This document shows positions 37,483 to 54,971 of a DNA stretch of 64,000 nucleotides, in pieces. The position numbers were made by a program, and so were the translations under genes. Source of the DNA: the human T2T-CHM13v2.0 reference genome, Homo sapiens; NCBI RefSeq assembly GCF_009914755.1, contig NC_060944.1. One strand, given 5' to 3'. Below the pieces are notes generated by a model. That model saw only the letters and a program-made list of their open reading frames with translations, was not told where the DNA came from and did not search any database. Each line of letters starts with the position of its first letter. The first letter of the stretch is position 1.

Positions 37483-38928
37483 GCTCAGTCCTTGTTAAAA
37501 AGAGAATCAAGAAATATGAGAGATGCTAAAGACATCTCAGTATCAAACTAAGCCTGTTCGAAGGGGAAGTGAAGAGGGAGTTGCTTTCTCAGTAGGTGCT
37601 TCCGTCATATTTAATGCCAAGTTCGTATCCTTCCTAAAGTGAGCTCACGTTACTCCCTCTGACTGTGCCCCCAAATCCCACCCACCCACCTTTCAAAGCA
37701 TGAGTCTGGAGAGATCTGAACTGAAGTCTTGGCTCTCATAATTACTCATTGAGTTACCTGGGCATCTGAGTTAATGTCTCTGGACCTCAACTTGCTCATC
37801 TGTATAATGGAAATACTAACTATGCTCTTACAGACATTGGGGAAAAACATGATAAGGTGTTCATGCTCTTCAGTATCACCAATAGCTGCTCTTCTGACTT
37901 CCTTTGAAACTCCACGAAGATAGGCATTTATCTGCCTTATTCAGAAAAACTGCCCCTTCCTCCCCCTGCTCGCCCCCCTCTTCCCCCCACCATTTACTGG
38001 GGCTTCTTGCCTCCTCTCCCTTCCACTCCCTGGGCCAGTGTGCCTCAGGTCAGGAGTCAGCAAACTATGGCCAGCTCAATGCCTGTTTTTGCAATTCAAG
38101 TTTCATTGGCACAAGGCACACGTTTGTTTACATATTATCTATGTCTACTTTCACACTACAACGGCAGGGTGAGCAGCTATGACAGGAACCATGCGGCCTG
38201 CAAAACCTAAAATACTTACTAAATGGCCCTCTATGGAAAAAGTTTCTTGACCCTGGTCTAGGTAATACTCCTCCAGCTCAGAATGGAATACGATGCCTCT
38301 CCCAACTACCTTCCTGTATGCCACCCTCCTGATGCCAACAGACTCCTGCCAGATTCATCCTACCACGGCATCATTCATCTTCTCAGATGCCATTTCAATC
38401 AAGCCACTTTGAGGCTCCAAAACCCTAACAGCACCCCTCTGTCTGAAACGGTGTTTCCCTAACTTGGACCTTCCTCACACCACTTGTGCCATTTCGACAC
38501 ATCCATAGTCCTCTTACATATTGCTTAGTTCATGTTTTTATTTTAAACTTATGTAACTTAGGTAAATAACTAAACTTTTATTGTTAACCAACAAAAAACA
38601 CAAAACCAATAAAATCTGCTGTTAAATCAAGGGCAACTCCAAAAATGAATGTAATGAAAACCTTAAATTAAAAGTTCTAGGGTGGGGAGCATGCGGCTAA
38701 AATCTAGAGTCTGCTCAGTCTTTGTTAAAAAGAGAATCAGGAAATATGAGAGATGCTAAAGACATCTTAGCACTAAACTGAGCCTGTTACAAGGGGAAGT
38801 GAAGAGGGAGTTGCTTTTTCAATAGGTGGTTCAGTCATATTTAATGCCAAGTTCATATCCTCCCTCCTAAAGCAAGCTCATATTACTCCCTCTGACTGTG
38901 CCCCCAAATCCCATCCAACTTTCAAGGC
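37483..38928 (+). repeat. Dispersed ~215-bp direct duplication (37483-37699 / 38713-38928)
   Basis: Long identical blocks such as gaaatatgagagatgctaaagacatct and ttactccctctgactgtgcccccaaatccca. Confidence 0.92.
38046..38257. mobile_element. MER58-type hAT MITE (another copy at ~42925-43136)
   Basis: gtcagcaaactatggcc...cctgcaaaacctaaaatacttact...ttgaccctg. Confidence 0.65.
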
Positions 38929-39013
38929 CTAGCCCCTTAGGGAAACCGTTCCCAGCCCCTAACAATGGACATCACTTCTTCCTCCATGCACTCAATATGC
39001 AGAAGTGAAATGA

Positions 39014-39638
<625 letters not shown>

Positions 39639-40338
39639 TCATCATCAGGCAGAAAGGTCCTGGAGCTGTGGTGCCAGGCAAAAACCTTGAATGAAGTAAA
39701 ACTGTCTTCCACCAGGAAGACACCTTCTCTGAACCCTTCTGGAATGACCCAAAACTGCTTTAAGAAAGTGCAGGAAAAAGATTCTTTGGGCTAAGGAAGG
39801 AAGACAGCTCAAACCCCACAGAAGAAAAAACCTAGATGTCAAGTCTCAGAAATTTCCCCAAACCTGCCTGCCAGGTTATTCTCCAAAAGGAAAGGATTTA
39901 ACAGAAAGATCATCCACTTAAGCACTGCCTTCAATTCTCAAAGGCTTGAGCGCCTTCATCCACCATATGCAGGTGTCAGAACCTCAGAATAAAATCTTAC
40001 ACAGTGTCATTTACCGTTCTCATTTCCCTGAGAGAGAGAGAAAAAAAAAACTTCCCAATCCAAATGCACTTCTTCTACCCTACCCCAGGTCAGCAACAGA
40101 ACCCTCTGTCCAAATGGAGTTTTATGTGGATCCCCAGTAAATACAATAGGTAATACCGATCAGCTTGAAGAGGTACCTGAAAGTTAACATGCTCAGCTAC
40201 CCCCTCACCCCCACTGACCCACCCCAGGCACCCCTAAGGATCCATAATCGTTTGGAAACCATTGGAATAAACCCTTCAAATTCTCCCTGACAAAATGGCT
40301 CCCCATCTGCCCATCTGAAATGTGAAAGCACCGTTCGC

Positions 40339-40351
40339 CCACCAGGGGGCA
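40339..40351 (+). promoter_or_regulatory. CTCF core motif CCACCAGGGGGCA next to a ZMYND8 splice donor
   Basis: Near-consensus motif match. Confidence 0.55.
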
Positions 40352-40357
40352 ACATAC

Positions 40358-40424
40358 CAGAGCCTTGGTTGGAGCCTAAGAGAATGGAGGAGGGCGTCTC
40401 TCTGGAGCCAGAAAGGTCAAGGGT
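40358..40424 (-). CDS. ZMYND8: ZMYND8 exon: TLDLSGSRETPSSILLGSNQGS
   Basis: tttctAG acceptor, GTATGT donor, 67 nt, phase 0-1. Confidence 0.92.
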
Positions 40425-40989
40425 CTAGAAATACAAAAAGAAAAAGATGGACTCAAGGCACTGAGGCTACTGTCGCCCCCACAGGGAAATCCAGGGAGTC
40501 ATGGGGGTGCTCATCGCTGCCCCCAAAGCATCTCAGTGTCCTCTGCCTGGCACGGTCAGGTGGGAGTGATGGGCACAGGGCGGCCAGGTGGCCAAACCCC
40601 AGGTACCATCTCCCACACTGAACAGACTGGAACGCAGCACCAGAGTGGCCCCTCACTGTACCCTAGAACATTCACTGTTTCCTAAACTCCACTCACTAAC
40701 AGAACCCCCTCCAGATTTTTGCCATATCCAAGGAGAAAGTACATTACTTCAAAATTCTGTCAGTCCGCTTTTAATTCATGCTAGCCTCTGACTAGGTAAT
40801 ACTATCAGTTAAACCAACATGTTTTAACTGACAGTCTAACGATTTATCTTTTTCCTAATATGCAATGAAATAGATATACAGTGACTAAAAATGTAAAAAA
40901 CTATATACTCATGAAAATAGTCTTTGCATACCATCAATGTCACATACATCACACCCTGGCAAACAAACAAGGAGGTGAAACCTTCGTGG

Positions 40990-41190
40990 CCCAATAGGGC
41001 AGCCACTAGCCACATGTGGCTACTGAAATCTCAATTAATTAAAATTAAATAAAACTGTAAAATCAGGTCCTCGGTCACACTAGCTGCATTTCAAGTGCTC
41101 AAAAGCTGCATGTAGCTAGCAGCTACCATTCTGGACGGGAAGTACAGAACATTTCCATCATCGCAGAAAGTTCTCCTGGGCAACACTATT
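40990..41190. mobile_element. MER3/MER33-type hAT element (another copy at ~35830-36005)
   Basis: gcagccactagccacatgtggcta...catttccatcatcgcagaaagttct. Confidence 0.65.
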
Positions 41191-41413
41191 CTACACTTTG
41201 AGGGTCCCCAGCAGAGAGTACTGGGGAGCAGCTGCCAGGTCCCACACACGCCGGCCCAGGCTCCATGTTCCCACACATCCACTGGAAATGCCGGCACACT
41301 GTTAGGACAAGCCTCCCACAACACGGAACTTTCAGGGCGGCAGACAGGGGGTCCTAAGTCCACTTGGCACAAAGGGTAGATGTCACTAGCCAAAGGCATG
41401 GGGGGATCCTCAC

Positions 41414-41574
41414 CGAGCCACTCTCCTTGCTTTTCTCAGCTGACGTCTCCTTCTCTTTGGAGGCGCTGGCCGTTTCTGAAGGTGCTGATTGTGTGCTCGA
41501 GGAGCTCCCCTGGGAGGACTTATTTAGTGTTTCTGTGTTCACCTCAGCATCCGCTTCCTGCTGAGGAGCAGTAG
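41414..41574 (-). CDS. ZMYND8: ZMYND8 exon: (A)[53 protein letters not shown]
   Basis: cccCAG acceptor, GTGAG donor, 161 nt, phase 1-0. Confidence 0.93.
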
Positions 41575-42416
41575 CTGGGGACAAAGGAGAGAGAGAGACG
41601 CCACATATACACAGAGTACGATGATTTTGAAACATGCATGGAGCCCCGCCCTGCACCCAGTGGCACCCAAGGCTCAGCCCTACCCAGGGCATAAAAGTGG
41701 AGGCTCAAGGGGGCCAGATTGCCAGAGTTTTCCAGAAGCTGGAATTCCAAACTTTAGAATTCCAAATTTTAACATAAACATGCTGAGATGGAGTCTCGCT
41801 CTGTCAGCCAGGCTGGAGTGCAATGGCACGATCTCAGCTCACTGCAACCTCTGTCTCCTGGGTTCAAGTGATTCTCTTGTCTCAGCCCACCAAGTAGCTG
41901 GGACTCAGGTGCACACCACCATGTCCGACTAATTTTTTGTATTTTTAGTAGAGACAGGGTTTCACCATGTTGGTCAAGCTGGTATTGAACTCCTGACCTT
42001 AGGTGATCCACCCACCTCGGCCTCCCAAAGTGCTAGGATTACAGGCTTGAGCCACCGTGCCTAGCCAACATGTTGATTTTTAATGGTTAGCAATTCAAGT
42101 TTTATTAAATCATTCTGGAGATGAAAGTATATTCCTGGAACAAATAAAGCCCATCAACAAGAGCCAACCTGTAACTGCTGATTTAGTTACTCTATTTAGT
42201 CATTTCTAGGTGGAGACCTATATTTTTAGCCCCAGAGACTTTCTTCCTTCTAAGGTGGGACAGGAAAACCACGTGAAAGGCGACATGCTATCAGAGGCCC
42301 AGAGAATCTGGAGATGGCAGAAACTTGGACACATAGAAAAACAGGGCGTTTGGGGCCGGGTGCGGCGGCTCATGCCTGTAATCCCAGCACTTTGGGAGGC
42401 TGAGGCGGGCAGATCA

Positions 42417-42802
<386 letters not shown>

Positions 42803-43772
42803 TTACTCCAGTAAGAGACCAAAAGTCTCTACAAAGAAGACATCTCCCTAAAGACTAAAGAACAGGGCAAGGTATTCTCCAATATTGCCTTTTAAAAAAT
42901 AATAAAATAACAGATTTGTCTAGAGCAAGAGCTGGCAAGCTAGTGCTGCCTGTTTTATTGGCAGACAGCCACATCCATCCATTTATATATCATCTATGTC
43001 CATCCATTTACATATCATCTAAGACTGCTTCTGCACTGCAACAGCAGAGTTAAGTAGTAGCAACAGAAACCACATGGTGTACAAAGCCTAAAATATTCAC
43101 TCTCGCCCTTCACAGAAAAAGTTTACCAACCCCTGGTCAAGCTTCTCACACTTGAGTCATTTACATACCACCTTTGCAAATTTTGCCAATCCGCAGACAT
43201 ACTACTTTATTGTATTATTTATGGGACACTTGAAATTCTTTAAAATGGAAGTGTTTAATTCCAACCATACAAAGCTAGTATCATTTGCCACAAATAAAAG
43301 CTAATGGTAAAAAATAACTTATAGGCTGGGCGTGGTGGCTCACACCTGTAATCCCAGTACTTTGGGAGGCTGAGGCCGGCAGATCACTTGAGGTCAGGAG
43401 TTCAAGACCAGCCTGGCCAACATGGTGAAACCCTGTCTCTACTAATAATACAAAAATTAGCTGCGCATGGTGATGTGTGCCTGTAATACCAGCCACTTGG
43501 GAGGCTGAGGCAGGAGAATCAGTGGAAGCCAGGAGGCAGGGTTGCAGTGAGCCGAGATCGTGTCACTGCACTCCAGCCTGGGGGACAAGAGCAAAACTCT
43601 GTCTCAAAATAATAATAATAATAATTCATAAAATATTATTGATGCCAGGCGCTGTGGCTCACGCCTGTAATCCCAGCACTTTGGGAGGCCAAGGTAGGTG
43701 GATCACCTGAGGTCAGGAGTTAAAGACCAGCCTGACCAACATGGAGAAACCCCATCTCTACTAAAAATACTA

Positions 43773-43955
<183 letters not shown>

Positions 43956-44240
43956 CTAGATAGTGCTTCCTGCTGGAAGCTCTAGGCCTGGGGACTGCTT
44001 GTTCTATGTTGGAAAGGGTGATTACAAATATTACAGCAGTGTCAAAGATAGGTTAGTACCAAACTAACACTTTTTACTTAACAAAGAAATTGGGAATCCA
44101 TATTATCTAAAGCCACAAGTCCATTACTGCCAAAAAAAACACAGTGTCTCAACTTCAGTACTACTGACACTTTAGGCCTGAGAAGAGATCAAGGGTTCTG
44201 CAAAGATCAAAGGTTCAAAATGCCCATGGCTCAAGTTTTA

Positions 44241-44828
<588 letters not shown>

Positions 44829-45344
44829 TCATCATGGTGACCAGATGGTGCTGCCTGTTGAGAGTGGACATGAGGTGCCCAGCATGGACATAACTGCAGC
44901 CCCAGAGGATTTTCCACACCAGACTACATTCTGGGAATTCCTCAAAGTAACCCTTGAAACAACTGCCACCAAAACTCACTTTCTATCCTATTATTCATTA
45001 ACATAAGCCTTTTCCCCCCTATCAATCAAATACCTATACAGCACCCACTACATGAAGGCACTGTTCTAAGAACTTTATAAATATTAACTCATATAACCCT
45101 CATCCTAATAATCCTACGGGGTAAGTACTACTATTCTACCCCTTTCGCAGATGAGGAAACCGAGGCAAACAGCTAGCTGGGCCTAGACCTCAGGCGTGCT
45201 TTCTTGTAGGTGTCTCCTGTGGCACTGGATCCAGATGGGACTGTGGTTGATGATTATACTAACAGGACAACTATGAACCTACTCAGTCTACCAAGATTTC
45301 TCTAATTTTACTTCAGACAGTTAAGTCCACTGGTAATTCATTTA

Positions 45345-45937
<593 letters not shown>

Positions 45938-46138
45938 TTATAAAGTAAAATTAACCCCTCATAAAGAAGTTAACTACCTGTGGCCAGACAGAACCTTTGA
46001 GTCAATCTAACTACCTTTAACTAGGGGTCTGTAAACCATAGCTAAGTTTTGGCCAGCCCACAGGTAATTTTTTCAAATGTGCAGTCAACACATAAAAAGA
46101 AAAGGATTTTATGAAAGTAAGATTCCCTGATTTTATTA

Positions 46139-46435
<297 letters not shown>

Positions 46436-47488
46436 TTAAAAAAAAAAAAAAAAAGGAAAACGAGAAGCAACAACACCCAAATCAGCGTCCAGAAAGAATG
46501 AACCAAGGGCTCCTCTCCAGGGGGCTCTGAAAGGATTCATGTCTGCAAGGTGTGACTTAGATGCTGACCACAAGTGAGCAGGTAGGCACACCTGGGCATG
46601 GGTCCTCAACCTAAGAGTTCTCCTGGCTGCCAGCAGCCCATCTGATCTGATACTACGTGAGGGGCTGAAGCAATCACTTCTACCTTTGGGGAAAAGCTTA
46701 ACTATACAGAACGACAGGCCAAAACATCTGTCAATCTAATCCAGGGACCAATAAAGTATCTTTCTCCGCACTGAGCAGTGCACAGGAAGCATCCAGATAT
46801 TGTTAAAGTGCCTAGCATTCCATGATGAACAGGGTGAAGAGTGCCCAGACTTGAACTGTGGCCGTGTGACTTTGAATAATTTCCTCAACACGTCGGTTTC
46901 TTCCCTTGAAAACTGGGGATATGTCCACGCATGCGGAGTGTGAAAAAAAGGAAAGGAAAACCAGGGATATAACAGATCCCTTTATCACAACAGTTTGTGT
47001 AATGAAATTAGTTAAGTGCACTGCAGCCTTAACTTCTCAGGCTCAAGTGATCCTCCTTCCTCAGCCTCCCGAGAAGCTGGGACCACAGGAGCGCACCACC
47101 AGGCCCAGGTAATGGTTTAAAATTTTGTGTAGAGATAGGGTTTCGCCAGATTACCCAGGCTGGTCTTGAACTCCTGGAATCAGGTGATCCTCCCATCTGG
47201 GCCTCCCAAAGCGCTGGAATTACAGGTGTGAGCTGCCGTGCCTGACCAATCCTCATTATTTTATTGTTGAGGCTGGTGTTCTGAACAGAGGAAAGGGGGG
47301 CTCCCGCCAACACCCACTCTTACACCTGGTTTCTCCAGGCCCAGACTCTCAGGATTCTGTGGTCTCCCTACGAGTCATACAATCCTAGCCTAGCTTTAAT
47401 TGCACTCACATCTCGGCTTGACTCCAGAGGTGCAAAGAAGTTCACACCCAAAACCCTCCTCAGTCCAGACCAGTGTGTCAGGCCTTAC

Positions 47489-47567
47489 CTAAGTTGTGTT
47501 TCATTTCGGAGAGCTCTTGCTGGTGCAGCCACTGGAGCTTCTCTATCTCGATCCTCAGCCTGCGAAT
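47489..47567 (-). CDS. ZMYND8: ZMYND8 coiled-coil exon: [26 protein letters not shown]
   Basis: ctcttcCAG acceptor, GTAAGG donor, 79 nt, phase 0-1. Confidence 0.94.
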
Positions 47568-48188
47568 CTGGAAGAGGGAGAGTGAGCGTCTTCAAAAGCT
47601 GTCTCATGCAGTTCACCAGGAGGGCTCAGAAGCTCAACCACGGCTGGCTGTGAGGGGTATGGGAATCATGCTAACCTTCCCACAGCTATAGTCCAGAGAG
47701 GTGATCACTGGTGGGTGAACCCAAATTCACCAGAAACACTGGTTCAGAAAACCAAGTATAAACAGGCCATCAATTCCAAGAAATACTGGCACGAGGGAAA
47801 GCCACTTAAAGTGACAAGGACCAGACTTTCATATAAATAATATATTAAGGGTTATTTAGGATTTTGGTCTATAAATACGTAACAAATACAAAGATAGCTG
47901 GATTTTCACTCTTACATAACATTTAGGTGGTGGGATCCACACTTATTCACCTGAAATTCCAAAGCCTGACATCTCTGAAAACCAAAGGGTATTTCTGGGC
48001 AGAGGAAGTGTAACTTTGGATCCAAACTCATTTGAAAGGGCAAATAAACAAACAAACTCGACCTGATCTGATAGGAAACTAATTAAACAGTGTTTTGGCC
48101 AGGTGCGGTGGCTCGCGCCTGTAATGCTAGCACTTTGGGAGGCCAAGGTGGGTAGATCACCTGAGGTCAGGAGTTTAAGGCAAGCCTA

Positions 48189-48395
<207 letters not shown>

Positions 48396-48434
48396 TTAAT
48401 TTAAAAAATAATAATAAACAGTGTTTAATTATCG

Positions 48435-48626
48435 CAGTAGTTCTTAACTGGGGCAATTTCGAGTACTCTCCCCTGTCATGAGAATGTCTGGAGTCATTTG
48501 CGGTTGTCACAATTGAGCAGTGTTGCTGACAGGGATGCTGCTCAACATCCTAGAATGCACAGGGCAGCCCCACAACAGAAATTATCTGGTTCAAACGTCA
48601 GTATAGCTAAGGCCGAGAAAACCTGA
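48435..48626. mobile_element. MER20-type hAT element (another copy at ~50180-50413)
   Basis: cagtagttcttaactggggcaattt...gctgctcaacatcctagaatgcacagggcagcccc. Confidence 0.65.
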
Positions 48627-50011
48627 TTAATTCACGTAGTGTGAACAATCACATTTCATTGCAGAAATGGTGTCTCTAATTGTGGGGGACTGCATATTAT
48701 AACCTCTCTAAAATCCAAAAAAAATTCTGGCATACATCCAGACCCCAGGTTTCAGGTGAGATATTATGAACCTGTATTTTCAACCACACACCAATTCTTA
48801 CAACGTATACAAACAAGAATGAAGCTGTTTCTAAAGCCTTATTCTTTCCCTTCTTATTTGATGTCCAAAGCATAATCATAAAGGTCATACTTGCAAAACT
48901 ATTCAAGGGGATTCATTGATTTTTCTTGGGTCTCTTAAATCTTTGTATTCACATTGTCTTCTGTTGAAGGGACCACCAGGTTGCCTTCCTGAAGATCTTC
49001 TCCTCTTCGTCTGAGCACCAGCCTAATGCTGCCAAGTCCTAAAAGGTCAATAGCTCTGCAAAGGATTCCCACAGCTCCCCAACGTCACCTTAAATGACCT
49101 CTGTAAGTCCTGCCATTTGTCATTTCACCTGATAACCCGTTTGCATCTGGCCTACATTGTACCATCCACAGACAGCCGGCAAGTGGCCCACTCTCCAAGC
49201 CCTGATAGGGAATTAGCCTAAAGGGGAAGTTCAGGGAGGTGTATTTTTAAAAGCGGATGCTTTATAAGTAGATAGCTTAATTTTTTTTTTTTTCCTTAAG
49301 AGACAGGGTCTCATTCTGTCTCCCAGGCTAGAGTACAGTGGCACAATCACAACTTACTGCAGCCTCAAACTCCTGGGCTCAGGCAATCCTCCTGCCTTAG
49401 CTTCCTACAGGAACACACCACCATCTCCTGCTTGTTTTTTTAAAATTTTTGTAGAAATGGGGTTTCACTATGTTGTGCAGGCTGGTCTCAAACTCCTGGC
49501 CTCAAGCAATCCTCAGGATTCCCAAAGCGCTGGGATTACCACAACTTCCCAAAGCGCTGCGATTACAGCCAACATGCACAGCCAATGAAATGTCTTAACC
49601 ACTTTCTTGTCTACACAATCACATAATTATGGAGACTCCAGTACACAAATTATTGAACAAGAAGAAGCACTTGTATTAAAAAGTCCAAACTTCCAGAGAA
49701 GATTCAGGAGCCAGTTTTACATGAAGCAAAAAGAACTGGTGTCCAGTTTCACCAGTAGGTTAACTGAAGCTCTGATTTTGGCTGTTTTATTAGAAATGAA
49801 TTGATCACACAAAGCAGGGCATGTCTCCACAGCCCCAGCCGTCTGGCTAAAGGAAAAAATACCCCCATCGATAATGACAATCAGTAGAGCCAGCTTAGTG
49901 ACCAAGCCAGGACCCCAGAGGGGTTTCCAGAGAAGCTTCTTCATGGTACCACCTTTAAAGCAGCCCACAAAACACTCTTAGCAAATAAGAAATTCATGTG
50001 TCATCTCTGAC

Positions 50012-50092
50012 CTCAGCTATTGTGCTTCCAGTAGTGTTTTTAGAAAGATCGTTGTATATTTCTGTCATTGTTCCTTTTATTGCATCCATCAT
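50012..50092 (-). CDS. ZMYND8: ZMYND8 exon: MMDAIKGTMTEIYNDLSKNTTGSTIAE
   Basis: tctttCAG acceptor, GTCAGA donor, 81 nt, phase 0-0. Confidence 0.92.
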
Positions 50093-50959
50093 CTGAAAGA
50101 TAAAAACAGAAACAATTCAGCTGATCACTTCTTGGAGGCTTTTCCTGGTGACAAATACTTAAAATCTATCTGTATAAAGCAGAGGTTCTCAACTTAGGGC
50201 AATTTTGTCCCGCATGAGACACTGGGCATTTCTGGTTGCCATGACAGGTGCAGGAGCAAGGAGAAGGAGCTGCTACTGGCATCTAGAGGGTCGAGGCAGG
50301 GACACTGCTAAACTTCCTACCTGAACCATGCTAAAGGCACGGAAGGACCCCACACAAAAAACAATGACCTACGAGCCCAAAATGTCACTAGCACTGAGGT
50401 TAAGAAACCCCAGCATTAATGGGGTAAAAATTTCCAACAAATTTCATGGATCGCATTGTGGTGCCACTTCATAACCATAAAGCTAGTTTCCATACCCACA
50501 TAAAGCTAGTTTCCATACTACAGTTTGGCTGAAACCGGAGAGGCCAAATTTGGCCCCCAGATGTGTGGTGTTTTTTTTGTTGTTTTTTTTTTTTTAAGAT
50601 GGAGCCTCACTCTGTTGCCCAGACTGGAGTGCAGAGGCGTGATCTTGGCTCACTGCTACCTCCGCCTCCAGGTTCAGGCGATTCTCCTGCCTCAGCCTCC
50701 CAAGTAGTTGGGATTACAAGCGCACACCACCACACCCAGCTAATTTTTTTTCTATTTTTAGTAGAGACGGGGTTTCACCATGTTGGTCAGGCTGGTCTTG
50801 AACTCCCGACCTCAAGTAATCCACCCACCTCGGCCTCCCAAAGTGCTGAAGCCACTGTGCCTGACCCCCAGATGTCTTTTATTTGCCCAGCACAGTAGGT
50901 TCGAGAGAAGGATTACTTTGTTTTGGTTTTCATTATTTCCCGTCAAAAAACCAGCACCG

Positions 50960-51300
50960 CTTTATTGAGGTATATGCATATACTATACCATTCATTCATT
51001 TAAAGTATACAATTCAATGGCTTTTAGTACCTCAGAGTTGTGTATCTGTCACCACAATCATTTCACAACATTTTCATTACCCCAAAAAGAAAATCCCACT
51101 CCCCCGGCCTTAGTCTTCACCTCCTGGTATCCCATCCCCCGCTCCCCCAGCGCCTGACAACCACTGATCTGCCTTCTGTCTCTCCACATTTGCTCAGTCT
51201 GGACATGTCATATAAATGGAATCACACAACTCAAGGTCCTCTGTGACTCGCGCATCCGTGCTGCAGCAGGCAGCGGAACTTCATTCCTTTTTATAGTCCA
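50960..51300 (-). mobile_element. L1M (L1MB-like) 3' fragment
   Basis: ctttattgaggtata...aagtatacaattcaatgg...catataaatggaatca. Confidence 0.65.
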
Positions 51301-53513
51301 TTTTACAGATATGGCTGGTTTGTCATTTTAATGCCTTCAGTCAGGACACTGTCTTTGCGGTTCATTTCCCATCTTTAACTATCTGACCCCTGAAGGCATC
51401 AGCCAGTTGGTGACATCAGCTAAGGTCCCTGCAGCAGGCACCCAGGGATTTGCTGACTATGTTAATAGGATGAATTTCTCTTCTACCTCCCACCTGCCAG
51501 CTGACTCTTCCCCCATTACAGCAGAAAGAGGAGGGGACAAGAGATCAGGCTCTGTCTCAGGCCTGGCTTGACTGGTGCTGAGTCTCTCCAGTGCTTTCTA
51601 GATGCCCCAATTCAGGGAGAAGGCGGGACAAAGAGCAGCCTCCTATCTGATGCCTCACTATGCACTGCCTCTAAGCCTCGGTTTCCCCACAAAAAAACAA
51701 GAACTGCATGCCGCCCCGGTAGGGTGTGCACGAGGATTAAATGAAAAAAACCACGCAAACACTGCAGCTCGTTACCTGCCACGGAGTAGGTGTTCATAAA
51801 GAAATACCCATTCATCTTATTTTTAAAGAAAAAGAAATTCATGTAAGTATGCAATTGCGTAATTGCTGCCAAACCCCAAAATAGTAGGCCCAAATTCACC
51901 CCAAAATGGAGTAAAATGAATAAAATCTCTGTTGAGATTTCCGCTCCCGGCTTGCTGCGGAGCCCACACCAGGCCGTTGCCAGCAAAAACACTCTGCGCT
52001 TTCCACGGCTTTGCAGCCCTCCTGCACTTGCCTCCTTGCTCTGTTGCACCCACTGTGTCCATTTTAAAAATTACAACTAAATGGCTTTACAAGAAAACTT
52101 TAAAAAGTGGGTGAAATTCAATACATTGCTAATGTAATGGTCACATTCCACTTCAAAGATATCATGCATTCATGGACTGCCTTTTACTCTTAACTTCCAA
52201 ATATAGCAAAGACTTCAACATCGGTAAAGAACACCACTTTGCCAAAACACACAGAACTGCGTCTTCCACTCCAGGTCAACTCAGAGACAGGAAAAGTTCA
52301 TCAGCTCCCAAAAAATGTCACTGTGTTCATTTTTTTTAACTTCAAAGAAAACACTTATCAAAAAAGTCATTCCTGGACAGGCACAGTGGCTCACGCCTAT
52401 AATCCCAGCACTTTTGGGAGGCAGAGGCAGGCGAATCACCTGAGGTCAGGAGTTCGAGACCAGCCTGGCCAATGTGGTGAAACCCCGTCTCTACCAAAAA
52501 TACAAAAATTAGCCAGGTGTGGTGGTCAGGGCACCTGTAATCCCACCTACTTGGGAAGGTGAGGCGAGAGAATCGCTTGAATCTGGGAGGAAGAGTTTGC
52601 AGGGAGCTGAGATTACACTGCTGCACTCCAGCTAAGAGTGAGACCTTGTCTCAAAAATAAATAAATAAATAAATAAATAAATAAAGTTTTGCCAAAAGTG
52701 TCAAGGGGAGCTGGGGTCCTGAAGACCCAGCTACCTGGGGAAGCCAAGGTGGGAGGGTCGCTTGAACCCAGGAGTGGCCAGCCTGGGCACCAGGGTTAGA
52801 CCCCAACTCTAAAAAAAAAAAATTTCTTTTAGTAATTTTTTAAAGAACAAAGGGGATGCAGAAGGTAACAAAATTAAAATGGCTGCAGGAGCTGAGAAAA
52901 CAGCCTTCCTGCAAACCACTAATCAGACCCACTCAGTAGGCCTCAGCTTTCCCATTCATAAGCAAACAGCTGGGACTAAATCAAGGGAAGGTGATGTAAG
53001 GACAACCGAAGGTAGAACAAGAGATCATTCAGGCAAAACCAGACACCTACTTATATCACTAACGAAAAAATTACCCGCTTTCAATTCTCTAATAATCCTA
53101 CAGATTGCTTCAGCAAGAAGTCTCAGTTTGGTGCTGTTATGCCTTTAACACTTTCATGACAACCTCCCCCATGTTTTTTTTTGTTTTTTTTGTTTTTTTT
53201 TTTTTTGAGACAGAGGAGTTTCGCTCTGTCCCCCAGGCTGGAGTGAAGTGGCGCAATCTCAGCTCACTGCAACGTCCATCCCCTGGGTTCAAGCAATTCT
53301 CCTGCTTCAGCCTCCTGAGTAGCTGGGATTATAGGTGCCTGCTACCACACCGGGCCAATTTTTGTATTTTTAGTAGAGACGGGGTTCTGCCATGTTGGCC
53401 AGGCTAGTCTCGAACTCCTGACCTCAGGCAATCCACCCGCCTGGGCCTCCCGAAGTGCTAGGATTCCAGGTGTGAGACACCGCACCAGGCTTTTTTTTTT
53501 TTTTTTTTTTTGA

Positions 53514-53675
<162 letters not shown>

Positions 53676-54149
53676 TAAAGACAAGATCTCAGTGTGTTGC
53701 TCAGGCTGGTCTTAAACTCCTGGCCTCAAGGGATCCTCCCACTTGAGCCTCCCAAAGTGCTGCGGTTACAGCCACTGGCTCAAACAGCCACACTGAATCC
53801 TAAGAGGAGTTGCTTATAAAAGTCATGTGGCAACAGTTTGTGGACCATGAACATTTGTGGTCAGCAGGCTTGTTTGAAATGCACAAAGCAGTTCAAAGCC
53901 AGGTTAAGTGCACACTCTCTAGGGCCTGGCTGCTATCATTCAAAGTCCAGCTTTGCCATTCACTAGCTTGTGACCCTAGACACACTGTGTAACCTCACCG
54001 GGCTTCAGTTTTCTCATCTATAAAATTGGGGTGATAACAGTACCTACACTTCATCAATTTGTCAAGAAGACTGAGTAAGTAACATACAAAAAGTGCTTAG
54101 GACAGCATCTAGCCTAGAGTAAATGCTATGCAGACATATTGCTACCTTA

Positions 54150-54971
<822 letters not shown>

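Noticed and set aside
50076-50081. AATAAA (minus) inside the 81-nt ZMYND8 exon
   Set aside because: Explained by Ala-Ile-Lys codons; no supporting downstream element
50477-50518. Short tandem duplications (cataaagctagtttccatac x2; similar ones at ~42976-43021 and ~19682-19731)
   Set aside because: Ordinary slippage events with no functional context
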